In this document: positions 48,198 through 56,914 of the stretch, in pieces
Layout: every line of letters begins with the position of its first letter
Numbering within the stretch: position 1 is the stretch's first letter
Source: a virus
Reading direction: 5' to 3' (one strand)
DNA: 64,000 nucleotides
Virus record (IMG/VR): IMGVR_UViG_3300027782_004732
Location: 6,602-70,601 of that record
Notes under the pieces: model-generated
The model's input: only the letters and a program-made list of their open reading frames with translations
What the model was told of the DNA's origin: nothing
Databases searched by the model: none
Translations under genes and position numbers: made by a program

Positions 48198-48686
48198 ATG
48201 GCTGATTTATTAATGAAAATGCCGATACCTTACGAACCGAAACGTCAGAATCGTTTTATCTTAAGGTTTCCATCAAGTTTGGGTATTAACGAATGGTTTG
48301 TAGAATCAACGGCTAGACCACACATCCAAATTGTCGCAACAGAAATACCGTTTTTAAACACATCTACTTATGTTGCTGGTAGATTTACTTGGCAAACAAT
48401 CCCAGTTAAATTCCGTGACCCTATTGGACCTTCAGCGGCTCAAGCTCTTATGGAGTGGGTTCGTTTACATGCTGAATCAGTTACAGGTCGTATGGGTTAT
48501 GCTGCTGGTTACAAAAAAGATATTGACCTTGAAATGTTGGACCCAACAGGAGTTGTGGTTGAGAAATGGATTCTTTATGGAACATTCTTAACTGACGTTA
48601 ACTTTGATTCGTTAGCTTACAATACTGATGGATTGGCAACAATTTCAGCAACATTAAGAATGGATAGATGTGTGTTAGTTTACTAA
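48198..48686 (+). CDS. Tail tube protein (gp19-like)
   Basis: YEPKRQNRF, AGRFTW, YKKDIDLEMLDPTG..VEKW.L.G.F; position after sheath. Confidence 0.9.
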   Translation: MADLLMKMPIPYEPKRQNRFILRFPSSLGINEWFVESTARPHIQIVATEIPFLNTSTYVAGRFTWQTIPVKFRDPIGPSAAQALMEWVRLHAESVTGRMGYAAGYKKDIDLEMLDPTGVVVEKWILYGTFLTDVNFDSLAYNTDGLATISATLRMDRCVLVY

Positions 48687-48718
48687 TACTATTTACAAAT
48701 TTTCACAACTAATTATAT

Positions 48719-48756
48719 TTAACCGTAAAGCGATAAACTTTACGGTTAATTTTTTT
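48719..48756 (+). terminator. Intrinsic terminator
   Basis: ttaaccgtaaag-cgataaa-ctttacggttaa then T7. Confidence 0.85.
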
Positions 48757-48758
48757 AT

Positions 48759-49502
48759 ATGGATACACAATCAAACGACTACGGTCAACAAAATTTTACA
48801 TTACCACACGACGTGGTACCATTACCATCACAAGGTATTTTTTACAAAAACAGAAAAAAATCAATTAAGGTTGGTTATTTAACTGCTGCGGATGAAAATA
48901 TCATAATGGCAGGTGGGGGTGACTTAACACTTAATTTATTAAGAGCAAAAATCTATGAGCCAGATATGAGGGTTGAAGACCTTATTGAAGGAGATGTTGA
49001 AGCTATCTTAATTTTCTTAAGAAACACAGGGTTTGGACCTGAAATAACATTAAACCTTACTGACCCTGGAACTAAAAAATTGTTCCAAACTAACGTTATG
49101 TTAGACCAGTTATCTATTATTAATGGTCAAGAACCTAATGAAGATGGTTCTTTTATGGTTAGTCTTCCAAAGACACAATCAACGGTTAAGTTAAAACCAT
49201 TAACTTATGGTGAAATTTTGGAAATTGGTAAAATGGCGGACTCATACCCACAAGGAAGGGTTGTACCAAAAATTACTTGGAGAATGCAAAAAGAAATTAT
49301 TGAAGTTGACGGTTCAAATGATAAGTCGGCTATTGCAAAATTTGTTGAATCAATGCCAATCGCTGATTCAAAATTCATTAGAAAATTCATGAACGAAAAT
49401 GAACCTAGATTGGATATGACTAAAACTATTATGGCCCCGTCTGGAGAAAAACTAACAGTAAATGTTGGGTTTGGGGTCGAATTTTTTCGTCCTTTCTTCT
49501 GA
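48759..49502 (+). CDS. Baseplate hub/tail assembly chaperone (gp26-like)
   Basis: Two repeats of LP....V....LT; between tube and tape measure; ends FFRPFF. Confidence 0.7.
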   Translation: MDTQSNDYGQQNFTLPHDVVPLPSQGIFYKNRKKSIKVGYLTAADENIIMAGGGDLTLNLLRAKIYEPDMRVEDLIEGDVEAILIFLRNTGFGPEITLNLTDPGTKKLFQTNVMLDQLSIINGQEPNEDGSFMVSLPKTQSTVKLKPLTYGEILEIGKMADSYPQGRVVPKITWRMQKEIIEVDGSNDKSAIAKFVESMPIADSKFIRKFMNENEPRLDMTKTIMAPSGEKLTVNVGFGVEFFRPFF

Positions 49503-49641
49503 TTATAGGAAAACTCAGATAGATGAATTTTACTATCTGAACAATTTAATGAAAATAACATATCAAGATTTTATTCAAATGCCAATATTTGTTAGAAAAT
49601 ATTTGTTGGATAAATGGATTGAAGAAAATAGGAAGGACTAA
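49486..49641 (+). CDS. gp51-like chaperone extension in +1 frame, no start at its 5' end
   Basis: Not in track. FVLSSDYRKTQIDEFYYLNNLMKITYQDFIQMPIFVRKYLLDKWIEENRKD*. Confidence 0.65.
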   Translation, partial: FVLSSDYRKTQIDEFYYLNNLMKITYQDFIQMPIFVRKYLLDKWIEENRKD

Positions 49642-49665
49642 ATTTTAGTCCTTCTTCTATTTATA
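49632..49665 (+). promoter_or_regulatory. Hairpin plus TATTTAT motif before tape measure gene
   Basis: gaaggactaa-att-ttagtccttc then TATTTAT 49658-49664. Confidence 0.55.
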
Positions 49666-49685
49666 TATAAAACTAATTATAAATT

Positions 49686-51530
49686 ATGGCGACTAACAAT
49701 CCAGAAGATAAAGGTAGTGCTAAAGACCTTGAAGAAAGTTTTAAAAAATTAGGGAGACCCATTGAAGAAATATTAGACGCAATTGGTAACATGTACGATG
49801 AAGCGGACAAGTTAAACAATGCGTTTTTACAGGGTAGAACTAGATTAGATGAAATGAACGATGCGGTCTCAAGAGCGGCTGCGGGGGTAATTCGTTTAGG
49901 TGGGGACATTAGTTCCGTTAGCAGAACAATGATTGAAATTGCTGATGGTTCTAGAAGAAATGTTATTGCGACAGAAGAACAAGTTAGTAAATTATATGCA
50001 GCTTCAACAATTCTTGGTAAAGGTGCTGATGAATTGGTTGAATCATTTGCTAAAGTTGGATATGAAACATCTCAAATTGGTCCAAATTTAGAAAATTCAA
50101 TAGATTATGTTCAAAGTGTAGGTCTTAATGCTAAAACAGTAGTTAAAGACGTTGCAAATAACATGGAGTTGATGAATAGATTCAACTTTAGTGATGGTGT
50201 TCAAGGTCTAACAAAAATGGCAGCTCAAGCTTCAATGTTGAGGTTTGATATGAATAGAACTGCCGAATTTGCGGATAAAGTTATGTCACCTGAAGGGGCA
50301 ATTGAAGCGGCGGCAGGATTTCAAAGGTTAGGTGTAAACATCGGTGGATTAGTTGACCCATTTAAATTAATGAATGATTCAATTAATGACCCAGGGGCAT
50401 TACAAGATAGTATAATAAAGGCAACTAAACAATATACTGAGTTTGACGAAAAAACAAAATCATTTAAGATAAACCCACAAGGTATCTTAATGTTAAAAGA
50501 AATGGCTGATGTGACTGGAATTAGCGCAAAAGAACTTTCAAAAACCGCATTAGCGGCAGCCGATTTAGATAAAAGAATTTCAACTATTAATCCATCTTTA
50601 AACTTTGACAAACCTGAAGATAAAGAATTGTTAGCTAATATGGCTACCATGGGTGAAGGTGGTGAATACATTGTACAACTTAAAAATGATAAGACAGGTG
50701 ACATTGATAAAATTAAGTTAAGTGAGATAACAAATGATGAATTAAAGGCTTTAAGAAAACAACAAGACGAAAAACCCAAAACTTTAGAAGACATTCAAAT
50801 AAGCCAATTAGACGTTTTGAAAAATATTGAAGCGTCACTTAAGGGAAATATTGCTAAAGGTACTTATGGTATTGCGGGTTCTTCGGTAGTTAGAGGTAAC
50901 TTATTAGGTGCAGATAGAATTACTAGAGCGGTCACAGGAGCTGTAGATAAAAATATACCTGAAAGTGCTGAAATTACAAAAAGTGTAAATGATGGAATTG
51001 CGAAAATGGTTGAAGTTTTTACTCAAAAAGATGCGGGTAAAATTAGTAGTACGGATTTTGCAACTAAAATAGCAAAGCTTGAAGACGAAATTAAAGGTAA
51101 AGCAAGTTCATATGGTGAAAAAGGTATTGAGGCGTTAAAAGATATTTTAGAAGAAAGTAATAAAAAAGTTACTGGTAGCAGTGCAATTGAGAAAGAATTC
51201 AAAAAATACACATCAGAAATTTTAACAGGTGTTGGAAGAACGCCAGATACCACAAGTAAAACTTCAGCAATTTCAGGAACACAAAAATCAGAACCATTAT
51301 CTAGAAGTTCTGTTTTTGGTAGAGGTAGTACCCCAACTCCAACAGACACAAAAACTAAAACAACTAACGTTAATTCCCAAGTTGATTTTGGTGGAACAAT
51401 TACAATTAAAGTTGATGCACCTTCTGGTGTTAGTGAACAACAATTTAAAACATTTTTTGAATCAGATGAATTCAAAAGAAAGATTTACGAATACTATAAT
51501 CAAAAAGCAACCGAGTTAGAAAAAAGATAA
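49686..51530 (+). CDS. Tape measure protein-like
   Basis: Helical A/K/E-rich 614 aa protein after tube and chaperones. Confidence 0.65.
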   Translation: MATNNPEDKGSAKDLEESFKKLGRPIEEILDAIGNMYDEADKLNNAFLQGRTRLDEMNDAVSRAAAGVIRLGGDISSVSRTMIEIADGSRRNVIATEEQVSKLYAASTILGKGADELVESFAKVGYETSQIGPNLENSIDYVQSVGLNAKTVVKDVANNMELMNRFNFSDGVQGLTKMAAQASMLRFDMNRTAEFADKVMSPEGAIEAAAGFQRLGVNIGGLVDPFKLMNDSINDPGALQDSIIKATKQYTEFDEKTKSFKINPQGILMLKEMADVTGISAKELSKTALAAADLDKRISTINPSLNFDKPEDKELLANMATMGEGGEYIVQLKNDKTGDIDKIKLSEITNDELKALRKQQDEKPKTLEDIQISQLDVLKNIEASLKGNIAKGTYGIAGSSVVRGNLLGADRITRAVTGAVDKNIPESAEITKSVNDGIAKMVEVFTQKDAGKISSTDFATKIAKLEDEIKGKASSYGEKGIEALKDILEESNKKVTGSSAIEKEFKKYTSEILTGVGRTPDTTSKTSAISGTQKSEPLSRSSVFGRGSTPTPTDTKTKTTNVNSQVDFGGTITIKVDAPSGVSEQQFKTFFESDEFKRKIYEYYNQKATELEKR

Positions 51531-51557
51531 ATGTCTAACAAAAAAACACCATCAACC

Positions 51558-51564
51558 TATTTAT
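51558..51564 (+). promoter_or_regulatory. TATTTAT motif
   Basis: 14 nt before ATG 51579. Confidence 0.55.
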
Positions 51565-51578
51565 TAATAAAAGAATAG

Positions 51579-54500
51579 ATGGGTAGTCCATTAGATTATA
51601 TTAATAGCGAAGGTTTTAGAAAAAAACTTATAACAAGGAATTTAGTACCATATGCTAAGTCCCCTACCAAAGTTACGCCTCCTACAACTTACGAAGTAAT
51701 TCAATCAGATTTATCGGTAGTTGATAGTCCTGATGGATTTATTGATACTCCATATTTTGCCAATAATTTAATGTATCCACTTAATAGGTGGGGAAGTGAT
51801 GGTGGTTACAAACAAGCTCCTGACATTAGTGGTAATTTAAATACAAAGTCAAATCAAGGTGAATATGGACCAGGTCAACAAGACGCTCATTTAATTGACG
51901 AGGCACAAATTGCGTCCAAAAAAGGTTTTGGGTCAATTGCTCCTGCATGGCAACCACTTAATGCTTATGGTAATGGAGGTTTACAACAATTAGATTCTGG
52001 TACTTTTATTGGAAATATTGATGTAATAGCAAGTCCTCTTGTTGGTGGACTTAAAAACTTATATAATAATCAATCATACCCAAGTACATTTAATTCATCA
52101 TCATATACACCATTATCAATTTTATTATCACCAGACCCAACAGGTAGTAATGGATTATTAAGTCAAGATTCATTTATTGCTCGTTTAGGTGCAAAAACAC
52201 TTAGAAAAGAATTTGAAGAAAGAATTGGTAGGGCGATTATTAGAGAAACTATTGGTCGTGCCAACTTTTTAAATGTTAATAGTAGTACCAACCTTGTTAA
52301 TATATTAACAGGTAATGTTCCATTAATTGAGCCAAACTATCAAATTACAGTCCCATCAAACCCATTAACCGCAGCTGCGGATTTTGGACTTAGATTAGCT
52401 GGTAGTGTTACACCTTTTTCGTTAATACCTGGTTCTTATTTTGACCCAAATATTAATCCTGCAACACCAACAACAATACAACAATCTTTACTTGCTAACC
52501 CACTTGCCGCCGCGGGTAATTTTGTTAGTAATCTATTAGGTGCGGGTAAAACAGGTACACAGATATTTTATAACAATACTGGTGCGGGACAAAAATCTTT
52601 GTTGTGGAAGAACATTAACTACAACAGATACAAGCCAAATTACGATAGAACCTTACTTGATAGATTAGGTGGTGCTATTGTAGGTACTGAAACAAACAAT
52701 TCTAACTTTTATGTTGGGTCAACAAGTTCTGACCCTTCAAGAGTATTCTCACCAAGTAGAGCAATACCTGTTGATGCGTTTGGTAATGAACAACAAACTC
52801 CAGTATATGGTCCATCTGAATTAGCTCAATTATATGAAGGACCAAGTAAAGAAATTCGTTTAGGTGCTAATGGTCCTACCTATAGTGATGGGGGTGGTAT
52901 TGAAGGTGGTTTTACTTGGGTATCACCAAAATATAAAGGTAATGCGGGTAAGAAAGTTGGTATTGGTGGTGAGATTATGGGTCAAGACCAAGACTTCAAA
53001 CCATCATCGTATGATTCAACAGAGTCTACTGAAAGAAAATTCAAACAAGGTTCAATCCTTGACGATACACAAAGAATTATTGATAGTCAACCACAAGGTG
53101 GTAAACGACTACAACATGTAGGTAATGCCATAGACCAAGTTAGTAAAGTATTCCATGATGGATATAAAGAAATGACCAAAGGTTCAAGAGTGATTAAGTA
53201 CACAGGTTCAATTGGACAAGAAGTTGGAACTGAGTATTGTAGAGTTTTTGCCAAAGATATTCCATATCTTCAATATAACGACCTTCAAAAAACAGATGGT
53301 ATTGTAACTGAAGGTAGAAGATTTTCATATTCTGTATTAGATAAGACATATAATCTTAATATTGCTCCAAACAAAAGAGAAGGTGGACAAGATTCAACAA
53401 ACTTGGTTGGAAGTTATAATAATGCTTATGCTAAAAAATATATGTTCTCACTTGAGAATTTGGCGTGGGCAACTTCAAACACACCAGGATTTGCTGTTGC
53501 GGATTTACCTGTTTGTGAGAGAGGGCCAAACGGAGGTAGAGTTATGTGGTTTCCACCTTATGGATTAACTTTTAGTGAAACTGTTACTGCTAACTGGAAT
53601 GCCAACGAATTTATAGGTAGACCAGAACCAATATATACATATAAGAGTACAAATAGAGGTGGTAGTTTAACTTGGAAGATAGTTGTTGACCATCCATCTG
53701 TTTTAAATGTTATTGTTAATAAGGTTTTAGCAAATGAAACAAATAAAGTTAGAATTGATAGTATTTTAGAATCATTCTTTGCGGGATGTAGAAAATATGA
53801 TTTATATGAACTTGCAAAAAAATATTATACAATATCACCTAATGACTTGTTTGATATACAACAGGCAATCACATCAAAAGAATTAACAAGAGAACAATTA
53901 GAGTATACTATTAGTACAATCAAAACAACACCTGAAGTATCAAGTGATACTGGAACTGGTGGTTCTCCTGAAGCAACATTTAAGACATTTGAAAATGTAG
54001 GATTTTACTTTAATAACGATATACCAAAACAATTTAACGAATCTTTTACTCCATTGTATGACACATATATCACCCAAAAATCATATTATGGAGAACAATC
54101 ACCTACCACCGCTCAGCAAACTACATCGTTTTTTGATAGTGTAGTTATATCTAACAAACAAAAACTTGACACATTAATAGATGAGTTAGATAAACAATTT
54201 ACAAATAATCCTGAAGGTACTGTAACAATAACTATTGATAGTAGTACTTCACCTGCGGCTAAACAAGATTATAATAATATTCTATCAGCAAAAAGGATTA
54301 ATTCCGCGGCAATATTCATAACGGGTAATAGTAAAATGACAAAGTATGTTACGGGTACACCACAAAGATTAATTGTTAAAATTGGTGAAGGTCGTGGTGA
54401 GAACGCTCAAGTAATGAAATTTGATGAAAAAACTAAAAGTTATATACCTGGAAGTAGTGTTTCTTGTGGTGACAATGACGGAAATAGCCAAGCGTTAAAT

Positions 54501-56591
54501 AAAGAAATTTATACTACAAATGCGATGGCGTGTAGAAGAGCTTACATTTCTAATATACAGTCAACATTAAAAGCTCCAAAGGCGGTAGAACCACCGAAAA
54601 AAACAACGGTAATAACAGGTAATGTTGTTACAAAGACAGAAACAAAACCCGTTCCTGAAACTAAAATAGTTAATAAAGATAATATAAGTAAAAGAATTTT
54701 ACGTTCTTTATTATCAGAATGTGATTATTTTGAAACAATTAAAGAAGAAACTCCAATGGTTTATGATAACCTTAAGGATAAATTAAAATTCTTCCAGCCA
54801 GCATTCCACTCAATTACGCCTGAAGGTCTTAACTCAAGATTAACTTTCTTACAACAATGTATGAGACCTGGTGATACAATACCAACAATCAAAACAATTA
54901 ATGGGGCTGCAACACCTGTTTATAATGACGCAACAAACACATCTTTTGGGGCACCACCAGTTTTAATTTTAAGGGTTGGTGATTTTTATAATACTAAGAT
55001 AATTCCAAATAACTTATCCATTCAGTATGAAAATTTAGATATAAATCCTGAAGGTATTGGGGTTCAACCTATGATTGCTAACGTTACTTTAACATTTAAT
55101 TTTGTTGGTGGTAGTGGATTAAAAGAATCTGTTGATAAATTACAAAACGCCTTAACATTTAACTATTACGCCAATACTGAAATATATGATGATAGAGCAG
55201 ATTCAACTGATTTAAGTTATAAGGTTATTGATGCCCAATTTTTGAAATTAGCGGCAAGTAATGTTGCACCTCCAACAGTTAACCAAGCAACACCAAACAA
55301 CGGTCAAAGTAATGACAAACCAATTGGTACCGTCATGCTTAACGGACTTACTGCGGGTACAATTAATTATAGTGATTTTATGGATAAAGTTGTAACTGAA
55401 ACACAGTCATATTTCACAAACGTAGTTAATAAAAATAAAGAAACTGTTAATCAATATAATAATGCCGTTCGTCAACAATGGATGATGGAAAGAACTTATC
55501 AAAATGGTAAGTTTGAAATAACAAAAGACACTGATAGTGTATTATTTGGAAAACCATATAATTTAGAAAAGAGAACCGACGAAATATTTGAACAATTATT
55601 TAAAGACATTAAAAAAGGTAATGAAGGGTTTATTGAATTCATTTCACAAAGTGAGTATGATTTTACTAATCGTCTTATAGACCAAGTTCAAGAGAATTAT
55701 TCAAATTATGTTAAAAACAAGAGGTCGTCATTCCAAAGTGCCGTTACCAATATAACAAATGGTATGGTATCTGTACAACAGAGTTATATTGGATATATTG
55801 GTAGAATAAATACTATAACATATAATGTCCCTGCATATGCAAATACAGGTACTGATGGTTATCAAATAAAAGACGGTAAAGTTAATTCTTATATTATATC
55901 AGGTACAACAGAAGTGGACCCAAGTTCAAAAGATGTTACAAATACTTTAGATGAGTTAAAGAAAGATGTATTAAAGATTAAAACAAATATTGACGAGTTT
56001 AATACTGTTGTTTGGAAACCAACAGACTTTACTTTTTCAGACGGTAAAAGTTATACAGGCGTTTTAGTTTTTGAACCAAATTATAAATTCCCAGTAGAAC
56101 AAGTTTTTACTCCTTTTAGTAAAAAACCACAATTTGATAGTACTAATGGTTACACGTTTAGAAGGGTTTATATGATTGTTTCAGATGATGTTACTGACAG
56201 TAAAAAATACGAAACCTTTAAAAATGCGTTAATTGGTAATATACTTAATAATAGTGCATTAATGAGTAAAAATACTAAGTTTAATATTGGTGATGTGTTT
56301 AACTTGTATTGGGAAAAAACTGCAAAACCATTATTTGAAGAGGAAAATGGTATCACTAAAGGGTTTATTGAAAATATGGAAAAAGAAAAATTAAAAGACT
56401 TTTTAAAATATACCCCATTTAATCTTAAAAAGAAAAGAACGTTTACTTATACAACAGAAAATGCAAATACTGAGGCACAACAAAAATTAATAAAAGGTTT
56501 AGGGTTTATTGAAAACCAAAACACAAATAATAAAACGTGGAATGATGAAAATCCTGCAAACGTATTTATATCTAAAGCAAAACTTAACTAA
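51579..56591 (+). CDS. Large baseplate protein: tube-initiator-like domain with OmpA-like insertion
   Basis: FSETVTANW...IGRPEPIYTY...R and APPVLILRVGD...PMIANVTLTF; FYFNND..YNNILSAKR..CRR. Confidence 0.6.
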   Translation: MGSPLDYINSEGFRKKLITRNLVPYAKSPTKVTPPTTYEVIQSDLSVVDSPDGFIDTPYFANNLMYPLNRWGSDGGYKQAPDISGNLNTKSNQGEYGPGQQDAHLIDEAQIASKKGFGSIAPAWQPLNAYGNGGLQQLDSGTFIGNIDVIASPLVGGLKNLYNNQSYPSTFNSSSYTPLSILLSPDPTGSNGLLSQDSFIARLGAKTLRKEFEERIGRAIIRETIGRANFLNVNSSTNLVNILTGNVPLIEPNYQITVPSNPLTAAADFGLRLAGSVTPFSLIPGSYFDPNINPATPTTIQQSLLANPLAAAGNFVSNLLGAGKTGTQIFYNNTGAGQKSLLWKNINYNRYKPNYDRTLLDRLGGAIVGTETNNSNFYVGSTSSDPSRVFSPSRAIPVDAFGNEQQTPVYGPSELAQLYEGPSKEIRLGANGPTYSDGGGIEGGFTWVSPKYKGNAGKKVGIGGEIMGQDQDFKPSSYDSTESTERKFKQGSILDDTQRIIDSQPQGGKRLQHVGNAIDQVSKVFHDGYKEMTKGSRVIKYTGSIGQEVGTEYCRVFAKDIPYLQYNDLQKTDGIVTEGRRFSYSVLDKTYNLNIAPNKREGGQDSTNLVGSYNNAYAKKYMFSLENLAWATSNTPGFAVADLPVCERGPNGGRVMWFPPYGLTFSETVTANWNANEFIGRPEPIYTYKSTNRGGSLTWKIVVDHPSVLNVIVNKVLANETNKVRIDSILESFFAGCRKYDLYELAKKYYTISPNDLFDIQQAITSKELTREQLEYTISTIKTTPEVSSDTGTGGSPEATFKTFENVGFYFNNDIPKQFNESFTPLYDTYITQKSYYGEQSPTTAQQTTSFFDSVVISNKQKLDTLIDELDKQFTNNPEGTVTITIDSSTSPAAKQDYNNILSAKRINSAAIFITGNSKMTKYVTGTPQRLIVKIGEGRGENAQVMKFDEKTKSYIPGSSVSCGDNDGNSQALNKEIYTTNAMACRRAYISNIQSTLKAPKAVEPPKKTTVITGNVVTKTETKPVPETKIVNKDNISKRILRSLLSECDYFETIKEETPMVYDNLKDKLKFFQPAFHSITPEGLNSRLTFLQQCMRPGDTIPTIKTINGAATPVYNDATNTSFGAPPVLILRVGDFYNTKIIPNNLSIQYENLDINPEGIGVQPMIANVTLTFNFVGGSGLKESVDKLQNALTFNYYANTEIYDDRADSTDLSYKVIDAQFLKLAASNVAPPTVNQATPNNGQSNDKPIGTVMLNGLTAGTINYSDFMDKVVTETQSYFTNVVNKNKETVNQYNNAVRQQWMMERTYQNGKFEITKDTDSVLFGKPYNLEKRTDEIFEQLFKDIKKGNEGFIEFISQSEYDFTNRLIDQVQENYSNYVKNKRSSFQSAVTNITNGMVSVQQSYIGYIGRINTITYNVPAYANTGTDGYQIKDGKVNSYIISGTTEVDPSSKDVTNTLDELKKDVLKIKTNIDEFNTVVWKPTDFTFSDGKSYTGVLVFEPNYKFPVEQVFTPFSKKPQFDSTNGYTFRRVYMIVSDDVTDSKKYETFKNALIGNILNNSALMSKNTKFNIGDVFNLYWEKTAKPLFEEENGITKGFIENMEKEKLKDFLKYTPFNLKKKRTFTYTTENANTEAQQKLIKGLGFIENQNTNNKTWNDENPANVFISKAKLN

Positions 56592-56914
56592 TGGCATATC
56601 AATATTGGAATAGATATAGTGAATTTCTTATTAACGGTGAACAAACCGTTGTGCCTTTTGTTAATGTACCACAAAAGACAACTGACAAGACTTATATATA
56701 TAAAGTTGGTAGGAGTAGGTTAGATGTTGTATCACAAGAGTTTTATAATTCACCATATTTTGGGTGGTTAATTTTACAAGCAAACCCTGAGTTTGGTGGT
56801 TTGGAAAATTATATATATGATGGTGCGGTATTGATTATTCCTTATCCTCTATTACCTTCATTACAGGATTATAAAGCTTCGTTAGCAAATTATTTTTATT
56901 ATTATGGCAGGTAA
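56591..56914 (+). CDS. Baseplate wedge protein (gp53/LysM-like)
   Basis: RLDVVSQEFYNSPYFGWLILQANP...G.VLIIP. Confidence 0.75.
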   Translation: MAYQYWNRYSEFLINGEQTVVPFVNVPQKTTDKTYIYKVGRSRLDVVSQEFYNSPYFGWLILQANPEFGGLENYIYDGAVLIIPYPLLPSLQDYKASLANYFYYYGR

